DNA of 63,718 nucleotides, the filler included, from Folioceros fuciformis (lineage: Eukaryota), in NCBI GenBank assembly GCA_049999805.1. It is 29 parts of 29 records of this genome, joined end to end, with 100 filler letters (N's around TTAATTAATTAA, not from the genome) between each part and the next. Parts side by side here need not be neighbours in the genome. Positions count along the whole stretch, not along the records: positions 35,434 to 38,826 come from JBNGIO010000415.1; positions 38,927 to 40,359 come from JBNGIO010000416.1; positions 40,460 to 41,673 come from JBNGIO010000417.1; positions 41,774 to 43,425 come from JBNGIO010000418.1; positions 43,526 to 45,832 come from JBNGIO010000419.1; positions 45,933 to 47,943 come from JBNGIO010000420.1; 23 more parts are not named here. One strand, 5' to 3'. Made by a program: the position numbers and the translations under genes. A model generated the notes under the pieces. That model ran no database searches. It was not told the DNA's origin and saw nothing but the letters and a program-made list of their open reading frames with translations. Within the stretch, counting starts at the first letter, position 1; each line of letters opens with the position of its first letter. Positions 35,491 through 46,461 of the stretch are shown piece by piece.

Positions 35491-37824
35491 TGTGGAGGAA
35501 AAAATTGTACCCGGGGGTACCGCAAGGTCCACACAAACCCTCTATGTCGTTGGAGCCATGGGATTCGATCCCAAGGGAATGATTTGTGCCAATTAACACA
35601 GGTTTCTTCTAGAGGTCGACTCTAACCTAGGTCAGGCTTTACCTACTCCCAGTTCCACTACCCTCAGGTGATCTAGCCACCTCACCTCGACTCTACGGCT
35701 CCAAGACTCGTTCCGCCACCGAGGAAGGGGTCTCTACAACTACTGACTTTTCAATGACTGGTAGGGGCCTCCACAACTAGTAGCAAATTCCACTACTGGG
35801 GTGGGTCCCACCTCAAGGTCCTAACCAATACATGTCATTTTAGATATCACAGGGGGTTTCTACTCGGGGTTTCCAAGTAGCGAGTCGGGGTTACTTAACA
35901 CCCCACAAGTACACACTCGGTCAATCTAACCCCATGGGCATTCACAACCTACACCAACATTCATACAGTGCTTCCACCCATACCAATCCCAACCATACCG
36001 ACGTACCTCACAGTCGCACTCACTCTTAGCAACCGTCATGTTCCTTCAGCAGTCGTTCAACAGTCTCTCACACCTTAGACTTAGAACAATACTCTCCACA
36101 ACTCACGCTCTCACATCACAACTAGCCCACAACCATTCCAGCATACAGACACCTTTCACAAGCACACTCAACAACCACGACTTCTCAGACAGTTTTTTCA
36201 CAGCATCCCTCACCACAGACCCAACACGCTCTCGGTCCCTCCACAATTGCAGCACTTGCGTTTGCGATCAACAGGTCGGGAAGGAGAGACACTCCTTCCA
36301 CTCCACAACCAGCGGATTCGCCACCCTTCCTACAGACACCGCGAACTCGTTCCTTCACTTCTTGTCTTCCGTACACACTCACTCTCTCATCTTCTTCACT
36401 CACTCACATCTTAATCACTCTCACTCGCTCAACTCTTAGACACTCACTCACACCACCATCAGCTCCAGGTTTACGGTCAACAATCGGTAAATAAGGGTGG
36501 GATGAGTTCTCCCTCCACTCCACTCCACTTCCACCCACAACTGTCTCCTCCTCAACTCACTTCTCCTCTCAGTAATTGTAGTGTGGTCGAGACACGAGGG
36601 GATAAGGGAAGCGGGTACCACTTCCACTCCGTAGTCGGCGGATTCGTCCCCTTTTGCTCCCACCACAACACACAATGGGAGGTACTGGGAATAGTAGGGA
36701 AGTTGCCTTCCACTCAGTGAAGATTCTCCTCCCGATTCGTCCCCAAAACCACTTGTCGCAGAGCAGGGAAATCCCAACGCCACCACTTAGGAACGCTGCG
36801 TGCACTCGCCTACTCGGATCTCCTTATCCAGCAGCGGTCATCACCAAGCTTTCTCGAGTTTGGGATGTCAATTTCTTACTGCTTTGCAAGGCGCCAACAG
36901 GCCTCTGGTACATGATGGTGGTGGGTCTATAGCCGCCATTAAGTCTAGTCCACGGATAGGGGGCACTCTTAATTACGAGCGGCATCAGGTCCAAGAAAAG
37001 CATCTCCTACAGATCCTACAGGATTCTATTCTAGGATGCATTTACTATGGCCTATCTTATCGCTGTGCATGCCTCCCGTTCGGCCGTTGGGCTCCTCCTC
37101 TCGCTCCCCAACCTCTAGCTCTCCTCCCTTGCCGTTGGTCAGGCAGATTCTCCCAGAGGATCTCCACATCACCACTGCTGCTGCTCGACCTTTCCAGTGG
37201 TGGCGTAGGTGGGCCTCGTCGCGAGGGACTCCTTCTCTCCTCCGGTCACCTATTGCTAAAAATCAGCACCGGCTCCCGTTCAACCCATGCATGTGCCTCC
37301 TCCTTCGTTAGCTCTCCCAGGACTGCCTCTAAAATAGTAGGGAGGCAGCCCCCACACTTGGCAACAGTGGTAGAAGGACCCCCTGCGAGTCCTCAGCTGC
37401 AAGCAGTAGCCCCTTGTCCCTCCTAATCCCACACGCACATATACAGTCAAGTTTAGCACACGGGCTCCATCCACATAAAGACCAGGAACATAAGTGGCCT
37501 AATCTTGATATTGCAATACAATCTGATCCTCTATTGCAGATGAAGTGCTTACCTCCTCCTCCCATGGGCTACTCCAAAGTGCCTGCCCTCTGTTTTCCAG
37601 TGGTACTGAAGATCTTCCATTCCCCTAGCTGCTGCTCCACCCTTGTCCGTCCTCCTGGCGCGAGTTGCCATTCCAGCTCTGCGGGTTGCGGGTTCCTCAA
37701 CGGAAGCTGCCTTCGCTACCTTGGTCGGACTCTCCTTTACTAGTGTGGTCTCTCTCCGACCGGTAGCCTCTTTGGCTACCTCCGTTGTGACTCGGCTACT
37801 TTGCCTAGCTCTGCCCTTCCCTTT
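35491..37824 (-). mobile_element. Family D element end with a decayed orphan ORF (about 37824-36450) reading toward the CCACA terminus at 35491
   Basis: TGTGGAGGAAAAAATTGTACCCGGGGGTACC start; homology to 8029-9145 and 19750-20110. Confidence 0.75.
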
Positions 37825-38826
37825 TGTGGAGGCAAAACCCCGGGCACTGATTGCCGACGGGTCCCACCTTTAGTGGCCACACTTATCCCACTGTCGTTGA
37901 GACATTGGGTTTCGTTCCCACGAAGGAGCGATGGGGTTCCTTGCTGCTGTGGATGGAGGGTCGGACTTGATCAACTCGATGATGGATTCGAGGGCTCCCC
38001 TCCAGCTCCGATCAGGCGTAGGACAGGCCTCGCTGTCTGGCGGTCAGCTGCACCTCTCTCGGTGCCCACAAACTCACTCTTGTCACTACAACGACTCTAA
38101 CCTCTCAGATCTGCGTCTTCCTTCACTCACTTCACTCACTCTCTCGCTCCAGCACCAACACCAGCAACTACTAGCAACCAGCAAGGACACCACTACCTTG
38201 TATACTTCCCTACGGACTCCTCCTACCCGGCAAGAGTCACTAGAATAACCCCAAACAAAAGGAAGAAGGGAACACACTCCCCTCTCGGGTATCTCCTCCC
38301 CACAACCTTACCAGACGCCATGAGACATGGCTGGCCTACAGCACTTGACCAAGCAAGGAACAAGAGTGGACAGGTTGAGAGAAAGACACACCCTTTACAA
38401 TCAAGAGCTAGGGGCAAGCCCCTTCACCCTGGTCATTACACCTTGTGATCCTACCAGACACTACACAACCGGCAACACGCTGCCCGCGATCCTACCAGAC
38501 ACTGTACAGCCGGCAACACGCTGCCTGCGATCCTACCAGACACTGTACAGCCGGCAACACACGGCTTGCGATCCTACCAGACGTTGCACAGCCGGCAACA
38601 CACTGCAGGTCCTAAACCAAGCAGGGACAGACCACAAGAGCTCAAGAAGAGAGGACCTCCAAGAGCTCACAAAGAGATAGACTGACTCCCAAAAGTGAAT
38701 GACTCCTTCTTCCTACAGGCTCACCTGATCTTATAGGAGCCTCTCTCTCTCTCTGACTTCACCTCTCTCTAACTTGAGAAATATTATTTTAATAGCCTAT
38801 CCGGCTGTCACCAGCCACTTATTTAG
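37825..38826 (-). mobile_element. Family C LTR, longest copy (1 kb), inserted into the family D orphan ORF
   Basis: TGTGGAGGCAAAACC at 37825; TATA-like CTATAAG on the minus strand near 38735. Confidence 0.85.
38447..38606. repeat. 4 x 41-bp tandem repeat inside LTR C
   Basis: GATCCTACCAGACACTGTACAGCCGGCAACACGCTGCCTGC; also present at 48044-48165 in reverse. Confidence 0.92.
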
Positions 38827-38926
38827 NNNNNNNNNNNNNNNNNNNNNNNNNNNNNNNNNNNNNNNNNNNNTTAATTAATTAANNNNNNNNNNNNNNNNNN
38901 NNNNNNNNNNNNNNNNNNNNNNNNNN

Positions 38927-39037
38927 GGTTGACTTTCAGCGGGAGATTCCCTGAAAAATCTGCATCCGTGTCTACCCCTAGAAGTAGCGTTGCGTCGCGG
39001 CATGATTCCAAAGCTCCTCTAGGCGTATCTGATACCA
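38927..39037 (-). mobile_element. Minus-strand PBS (TGGTATCAGA, 39037-39028) and possible gag start MPRRNATSRGR
   Basis: CA|TGGTATCAGA on the minus strand followed by an ATG about 35 nt later. Confidence 0.5.
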
Positions 39038-39355
39038 TGTCAGAGATGAAGACTAGGAGTAGCGTGCAAAGTAGTTGCTTTATTGCATGCAAAAAACATG
39101 TCTTACAAATTAATTAATTACGATATACCAACTACCGCCCTTACTAAATAACTGCCTATGGGTATCACGTGCAACGTTCCACCATCCATGCCGTTCCACC
39201 AGCCATACTGTTTCGGGTGGTTTAATTAATATAATGTATTTATGCCTAAACGGGATTATATTTTAACAGCCATCCATTGCCTCTGCTTGTGTCTGCTAAC
39301 TGTATTGATCCTGTGCGTTGCCCAAGCTGTGTTGTGTCTGAGCTTGTTTCTTACA

Positions 39356-40359
39356 TGGTATAAGAGCAGGAACACTAATCGCGAGACTTGATAAGAGAGG
39401 ATCAAGTTGTAATGACGATAGGCTCAGTAACCACCGCGGCCTTGAGGACGCGGGTGTTTGATGGAACAGAGTTCCATGTATGGAAAAGGTCCATGAAGGT
39501 TCTACTGATGGCAAAGGACGCGTATGGCATTGCCGAGGGCAAAGAGCCAAATCCCAAAGATGAGGGGAGAGAGCAGAGGGAATGGATGCAGAGAGACCAC
39601 AAGGGTACAACTCTCCTATATATGAATCTCTCTACGGCAGTCCAGCTGAAGGTTGGAAAACCAGACACGAGCACGGAGTACATTTGGAATCTTCTCGATG
39701 AGAAATATGGCCAAAAGGGAGCAGGTAAAGTATTTCACTTGTTTTGTTGTGTGACAACATTGAAGTATTCAGACGGAGACGATTTGCGAAAGCACATCGA
39801 CACCTTTCACAAACTGTTTACAGCGCTAGCATCAGCTAACGAGCGCTTTGCTATCCAAGAGGACATACAGGAGATGTTTCTATATCGTTCTATGCCCGAA
39901 GCTTGGTCAGGGCTCATAGATTTCCTAATAGCCCAAGACACTCTCACATGGGAGGAGGTCACCTCTAAGATGTTGGCGAAGGAGACTTGCCAGTTGGACG
40001 CAATGGCAGGATCTTCAACAGGTCCAGAGCATGCAATGTTGATCAAGGGGAAGGGATGGAACAATCGGAACAAGGACAAGCAAGGGGAGTCCTCGCAGCG
40101 ACAGATAGACAAGAGAATAGTGAAGAGGGGATAGTGGTGGAAATGCTTCAAGTATGGTCATTATGAGAAGGATTGCAAGGATCGGAAGACCGCACATCTC
40201 ACGGAGGGTGAGAGTAAAGGTGAGGTTGCGGAGGCAATGCTCACAGAAGAAGTATCGCCCGAGTGTGATAGTACACAAGCGAGACAATACCTGACGATAG
40301 ATTCTGCATGTGCATCCTTTATGGTAAAGGATAAAGAGCTCCTTCAAGACTACAGGAGG
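39356..40359 (+). mobile_element. Ty1/Copia 5' part: PBS TGGTATAAGAGC, gag (ATG 39412), decayed zinc knuckle, protease start
   Basis: FDGTEFHVWKRSMKVLL, LKYSDGDDLRKHI, SMPEAW, *WWKCFKYGHYEKDC, IDSACASFM. Confidence 0.92.
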
Positions 40360-40459
40360 NNNNNNNNNNNNNNNNNNNNNNNNNNNNNNNNNNNNNNNNN
40401 NNNTTAATTAATTAANNNNNNNNNNNNNNNNNNNNNNNNNNNNNNNNNNNNNNNNNNNN

Positions 40460-41673
40460 TGGGTAGGCTGGCGGGGGGCTGAAGATTGGCGGCCTAGCGG
40501 CTTGCCCAGTCGGGCCGACCAAGCAGGCGGCCTGATCGTGCTGAGCGGATCCGAGTGGGCGGCCTGGGAATGGATCTAAGCGGGCAGGCGAATTGAAGCA
40601 GGGACCATCCGGTAGGTGACCCAGCGTTAGCAGTGCAGGCAGCATGGTCGGCTGCGGGCAGATTGGTGGCTGATCAACTGGTGAGTCGGATCTAACCATC
40701 CAGCTAGTCAGCGGCCTAGCCAGAAGCCTGATAGGGGGCAGGTTGCGGAGCAGAAGGAGGAGGGCGACTGGCCTGACGTGGCCATGCTGCCCTTGCGCCT
40801 TCACATTGCAAAAGACAACTCTCATGTTGATAGGGACAGGGAGGTTGCAGGTAGCTGCTTCGAGGGGGCTGGGGCTAGAGGTTTTCATGTTGCTCTGCCT
40901 GTGGAATCAAATAGCGAGAGGAACCACAGGGCTTGGGATGTTGGTGCGTATTTCCCTTGAGTGGGGTGGTTGTGGCCAGCCCTTTGCTCAGGCGATCATA
41001 GGTGCTGAGGGACGTGTGGGAACCGGTTGGTTGGGTTGGTGGGAGAAACCCCAACCTGCAGGACTGGACCAACGGGGGACACGGGCAGGAACCGGGTTAC
41101 TCCTTTTTAGCGGTGGTCTGCAAAGGCTCGGAGATGTCATTGGAACATCCAGGAAATGAACCAATAATTGCTCATGGGATCAAGAGCATAGCAAGTCGGG
41201 TCCCGGCTCGAGCCTGGCGTTGAGCAAGGAGGGTACGGTGACCTAGACAAGGGTCGGGGGCGAGAGTTGCCAAGGAACTGCATGCGACGAAACTAAGGGA
41301 TAACACCCGATCCGGATATATGACATAAGTGGTATTCAGCTTTCCCTCCGCTAACAGGTCGCTGGTAGGCGGAAGGTCTCGCACAGGTGTGTTGCTAGTG
41401 GGTGAGAAGCCCAGTGATGGTTATGTTGGCAGAATGGAGGGGGAACTTGAAGATGGAGGACTCTGAAGAATGCAGGATGGTCGGAGGGCAGGAGATAATT
41501 CCATCCGAGAGAGGAGAAGGGGGAAAGAGAAGCACCCCTGATTTGTGGTAGTTGTGAGGGATTGATGATTTTAGGGTAAAGGGCAGCTAACGGTGTCAAG
41601 GGGGTAATGAGCAATTAGAAGCAGGAGTAGGTTAGAGTTAGGGTTCTTGGTTGGGGTTAGGTTTAGGTCAGAC
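40460..41673 (+). mobile_element. GC-rich repeat element related to 45933-47943 (probably a family B-type LTR interior)
   Basis: 41425-41673 is the reverse complement of about 46078-46322; shares the GGCTGG-rich texture. Confidence 0.6.
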
Positions 41674-41795
41674 NNNNNNNNNNNNNNNNNNNNNNNNNNN
41701 NNNNNNNNNNNNNNNNNTTAATTAATTAANNNNNNNNNNNNNNNNNNNNNNNNNNNNNNNNNNNNNNNNNNNNCTAAATTAGTCGTATATACAAT

Positions 41796-42016
41796 GAGAG
41801 GGGGTGTTGAATAATTAATTGTTAGTTAATGATACATTGTTATATACCAAGGGGTGCTTCATCTTAAACCCTAGTTGGTAGTTATTAGTTGTTGTAACCG
41901 TTCATGGGACATGGACACATAAGTGCCTAGTTCCCATATTCAATAATATATATATCTGCTTTGTGTGCTCTACGTGAGTAATCTCACGGTTGTGTTCGAT
42001 GTTCACATATACTTCA
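41796..42016 (+). mobile_element. PPT (GAGAGGGGG) and short 3' LTR (TGTTGAA...CTTCA, 41805-42016), Copia-like
   Basis: Purine tract then TG, internal TATA-rich stretch, CA end abutting an unrelated ORF. Confidence 0.7.
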
Positions 42017-43075
42017 TAAATGCTACACTTCCCAATTCACTGGGCTCCTTCTCCCCAAATCTGGTGCTCCCCTGTGTGCTTGCACTACTGGTGTCATTGC
42101 CAAGTCCCCTACCTAGTACCCTACCTCAACTATTGGCTTGCTTGGTCCAGGATCCCTCACTGTCTCCATCTCAGTTGGGGCGTAATTTAGGGCTGCGGGG
42201 GTGGTGACTGATGGTAGCCTTTGGTCCCTTTGCTGCTCCCTAGGTCTCCGTATCAACGGGGTGTCAACTTCATCAGACTCATCATACGCTTCCATGGCTG
42301 ATTCGGAATCAAGTGGGGACTCCTCATCCGTAAGAGGGGTCGACACTCCACCGGAAATAAAAGCCTCCCCCTGCAATGGGACAACTACAAAAGGTTGTTC
42401 CACCTCCTCCAACTCCTCTTGTGTTAACAACCCTTCTGTCTTCCATAAGTGCACCAAGTAAGTCGAGAGGTAGCAAGGACGTGCACTCCCCCCCTCCCTA
42501 CCGTTCGGCTTGAGCAACTTCTCCCTGTGGTAGGTATACGCCTCATACATACTTAACCCTCAGTCTGGCTTGGCTCCTTAAGTCACTCTCCAAAGGAAGT
42601 GGACGAAAGCATTGCTGAAATATGAGGTGCGTTGATAGTTCACCAATCCAAGAACCACCTTAGTGAACAACCGCCATTTGAGCTCCTTGATCCTCTCAGT
42701 CCTCCACCCGTTCTTGGTTCTTGCTAGCTCTCCTCCCAACAGCAATTCTAGTGCCCCAGATGGTAGGGTGGTGCTGGGTGACCTCCGCCCATCTATGGTT
42801 TTATCCAGGATTCCAATACCATCGCTTTCCTCTTCTGACCTACCATACACCTGTCGGATGCTCCAAACAGTCCAACACTGAGGGTCAGTACTCGCATTTC
42901 GTTCAGGTAGGGCTTCCAACTCCTCTTTCAATCGCTGTAGGTTGGTATAGCCCTCCTTCACCAAGCCTTCATGTACATACGACCAGTGTCTGCCATATAT
43001 CCAGTCAAGCTGGATGTTTGCGTCACATGCCCAAGTCCGTAGGTCTATCAAATCCCTTGAGTTCAGTTGGCCCCC
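42017..43075 (-). pseudogene. Retrotransposon accessory ORF remnant (plant transposon-associated domain of unknown function)
   Basis: LRTWAC..HEGLVKE..DPQCWT..YGR..KNGWRT..PD*G..YLSTYLVHLW; motif order shared with 49145-50880. Confidence 0.6.
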
Positions 43076-43425
43076 TGTGGACTCCACATGTTGAATAGGT
43101 CCTTGGAAAATGGTAGGATTTCTCTTTTTGGGAATCTCTAAGTGAACCTTGTGGTGAAATGGTTAAGGGTTTAGGTTAGATTAGTAGCTAGATTAATGGT
43201 GAGGCGAGACGTGTCTTTGAAGGGTTGCTGGAACGATCTGAGAGAAGGGATGGAATGATTTGAGAGAGGAGGGAGAGGGTTGAGAGGCACTGACCATTTT
43301 GGTAGTCTTGAGAGGTTGGTCAATTTTGGTAAGGGCACCCAGTGGTGTCCATGGGACACAACCCCTATTAGGTCAGAACTAGGTTTGGGTCAAAGTTAGG
43401 GTTAGGTCAGAGTTAGGTTTAGGTC
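43076..43425 (+). mobile_element. Family B-like LTR start (TGTGGACTCCACATGTTGAA...)
   Basis: Matches the reverse complement of 15975-16021 (TCCTTGGAAAATGGTAG). Confidence 0.75.
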
Positions 43426-43525
43426 NNNNNNNNNNNNNNNNNNNNNNNNNNNNNNNNNNNNNNNNNNNNTTAATTAATTAANNNNNNNNNNNNNNNNNNN
43501 NNNNNNNNNNNNNNNNNNNNNNNNN

Positions 43526-43935
43526 AAAAAGGACGCAGTGTGGGTTTGGGGAGAAGATCAACAAAGAGCGTTTAAGGAGATAAAAAAACATTTTGATGAG
43601 CAAGCCTTTGCTAAGAAGACCCAACTTTGACAAAAAGTTTAAGTTATATACTGATTGGAGCAACTTGGTTTGGGGGCAGTGTTGGTGCAAAATGGAGCAT
43701 TTTCATGGAGTGGAGCATGTGATAGTATATGCGAGTAGGAGTAACAATGTTGCTGAGAGTAATTATTCCTCATATCATGGAGAATGTTTGGCAGCAGTAT
43801 GGGCGGTATCGCAGTTGGTGACAGATCATCAACCTTTGAAGTGGTTGATGAAAAGCGAAAAATTGATAGGAAAATTAGCAAGGTGGGCACTCATTTTACA
43901 GAAGTAAAATTTTTCTTTTGAGCATAGGGCAGGAG
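43526..43935 (+). mobile_element. Ty3/Gypsy RT-connection/RNase H fragment
   Basis: WGEDQQRAF, PLLRRPNFDKKFKLYTDWS, YASRSNNVAESNYSSYHGECLA, TDHQPLKWL, LARWAL. Confidence 0.92.
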
Positions 43936-44283
43936 ACTGGTAGTTCTTGTCCGTTTACACGGTACTAGTAATGTTTGTTTAAGATTACAAGTGCAACCTT
44001 AGGTGCATGTGTCCAGAACTCCCGTCATTCCTATGTTGCTAAGTGCAACTTTAGAGCGGCATGTGCAACTTGTTTTGAAGCGTTCTTGTGTTGTTATAAA
44101 GGATAGGGATGTTGGTTCAATATTAAGATCAAGGTTAGGGTTTTATCATTAGAGATAGAGGTTTAGGGTTGAAGGATAACAATATGGATTTGAATTCTTG
44201 TGGTAATTTAAAAGAGTTACCAACTAACACAGCTTTTGTGGTGCAGCTTCCTGAACACATAACCTAAATAGAACCTGCTACAC

Positions 44284-44413
44284 AAAACCTTGTGTTCAAC
44301 CTAAACAAAGCTTGCTAAACAAAACCTTGTGTTCAACCTAAACAAAACCTTGTGTTCAACCTGAACAAAACCTTGTGTTCAACCTGAACAAAACCTTGTG
44401 TTCAACCTGAACA
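44284..44413. repeat. About 5 x 23-bp tandem repeat (AAAACCTTGTGTTCAACCTRAAC)
   Basis: Read directly. Confidence 0.92.
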
Positions 44414-44547
44414 AGAGACCTATCATGGAACCTGTCCAAAAAGAAAATGTTCATAACATGGAAGCGTGACTTGTTTAAAACGAAAATCTTCCCAAGATAC
44501 TTGAAGGAAGAGTGCTTGTATTGATCAAATTTTTTGGGGCCATTGCT

Positions 44548-44890
44548 CAAGAGGTGGAGTACCACTGCGCAATAGCCTCAAATACTTCCTCGTCAAATTG
44601 GAGCGGCAATTTCCTATCTTTGCGCTCAATGGAGGACATCTACCAAAATGTATCTGGACCGCTGAGTGGATGTTTACAAAAATCATTGATCTTTTTCCAC
44701 TCTTGTGAGAGAGCATCCCATTTATTTTTACACAGCGTAGCAGTGCAGGTTACATCATGTTGTCTACAATACGTAGCCACCTCCTCCCACTTGTCTGCTG
44801 CTCGTTTATGCTTCTCCCTGAGATTGCCTGTAGATTGATTCACTTCGTTGCTTGTAAGACACTCGAGTAACTCTGGCACAAGCCAAAATT
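44548..44890 (-). pseudogene. Trihelix/Myb-SANT-like DNA-binding domain fragment (PIF/Harbinger-type ORF or trihelix TF relic)
   Basis: KWEEVATYCRQHDVTCTATLCKNKWDALSQEWKKINDF..FW*MSSIERKDRKLPLQFDEEVFEAI; in-frame stop at 44640. Confidence 0.8.
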
Positions 44891-45098
44891 TACTACTTAT
44901 CTGACCTTGTGAGTAGTCATTGGTGGTGTTGTGCAAGATCGCAAGGCAGGAGTTGTCACAAGTGGCATGTGCCCAAATATTGATTTGCTCGCCATAGATT
45001 GGGTGGAAGTGATCTGAGAAAGAATGATGAAGTCCGAGAGTTTGATAAAGAGCAAGAGTTTTGGACTAAGATCGGCTAGGACATTTGGAGTGAGAAGG

Positions 45099-45205
45099 CT
45101 AGACAGGTTCTCTCCCGGTTCGCCATCTAGACAGGTTCTCTCCCAATTCGTTGTCTAGACAGGTTCTCTCCCGGTTCGTCGTCTAGACAGGTTCTCTCCC
45201 GGTTC
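45099..45205. repeat. About 4 x 28-bp tandem repeat (CTAGACAGGTTCTCTCCCGGTTCG-NNNN)
   Basis: Read directly. Confidence 0.92.
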
Positions 45206-45440
45206 CCCCTCTCGTCACATGTTTAGATGGCATATACAGTTGACCCTCTGTAAATGTGAGCTCCCTAAATGTTATACCTCTATAAATGTTAAAGGTTTGG
45301 GTACTCCCTAGTTGGGGGAGTAAGGCTAAATGTTATTTTTCTATAAATGTTATATGTTACTTATTTTATGAAAATAGGCACTCCCAACCACTATAGTCCA
45401 ATTCTATAAATGTTATTTTTTAATTTATATATGTATGTAA

Positions 45441-45745
45441 TGTAGGGTTATTAAAGCCCAATGTGCCTAGACTAATGTGTTTAGTATAAGATTAGTGTCT
45501 AGTTAAGTATCATTAGTTTAGATTAGCTTAAGCTAATCTCTAGGAAGCTTCTTGTGCAGCTTCCTGTGGGCTTCTTGTGAAGCTTCCTAGGGAGCTCTTC
45601 TAGAGGGTATAAATACCCCCTTGAGCTCCCTTGTATATGGGACTCTATTGGAGTGTGACCTCTCTTTCTCCCCTCCTCCTTGCCTCCTCCTCTCCTCTCC
45701 TTCACCATGTAGCTCCTAGAGCGTTTCTTCAAGTGGTATCAAAGC
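45441..45745 (+). mobile_element. Complete 291-bp 5' LTR of family F (45441-45731) with PBS TGGTATCAAAGC (45734-45745)
   Basis: TG...CA ends, TATAAATA at 45608; homologous to 13149-13439. Confidence 0.92.
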
Positions 45746-45932
45746 CTGGGTGTGGAGCAAGGGTGATGGTGCGCTGAGGCTTTGAAGTGATGGCAGCATC
45801 GGAGTGAACTGGACCTTGTGCGACACAAAGGANNNNNNNNNNNNNNNNNNNNNNNNNNNNNNNNNNNNNNNNNNNNTTAATTAATTAANNNNNNNNNNNN
45901 NNNNNNNNNNNNNNNNNNNNNNNNNNNNNNNN

Positions 45933-46095
45933 TGACCTAAACCTAACCTAGTTCTGACCTAAACCTAACCTAGGTTTGACCTAAACCTAACCTAGGTTTG
46001 ACCTAAACCTAACCTAGGTTTGACCTAAACCTAACCTAGGTCTAACCTAGACCTAACGTAGGCTAGGCTAAACCTAATCAGACCTAAACCTAATC
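45933..46095. repeat. 22-bp tandem repeat TGACCTAAACCTAACCTAGGTT, decaying to the right
   Basis: At least 5 units; related tracts at 41655-41673 and 43368-43425. Confidence 0.9.
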
Positions 46096-46461
46096 CCAAC
46101 CAAGAACCCTAACTCTAACCTACCCCTGCTTCTAATTGCTCGTTACCCCTTGACACGGTTAGCTACCCTCTACCTCAAAATCATCAACCCCTCACAACTA
46201 CCACAAATCAGGGGTGCTTCTCATTCCCCCTTCTCCTCTCCCGGATGGAATCATCTCCTGCCCTCCGACCATCCTGCATTCTCCAGAGTCTTCCATCTTC
46301 AGGTCCCCTCCATTCTGCCAACCCCGGATCTGACCACCCGTAACTAGTCGCCTGCTCGCCTGACGACTGTGATCGCCGACCCGCCTGGGTCCATCGTCTC
46401 CCAGCCCGCTTGCTCTACCGATCCGCTCTGCCAGCCCATCCTTCCCACTGAACCCGACTAG

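Noticed and set aside
37801-38248. Repeated ORFs CGGKTPGTDCRR.. and MGFLAAVDGG.. as a gene family
   Set aside because: They are translations of LTR family C; their starts vary with the flank and there is no domain signal.
45099-45205. 28-, 23-, 30- and 41-bp repeats as CRISPR arrays
   Set aside because: Head-to-tail units without unique spacers, no cas genes, eukaryotic context.
45933-46095. True telomere
   Set aside because: No (CCCTAAA)n array; it is a 22-bp unit internal to a repeat family.
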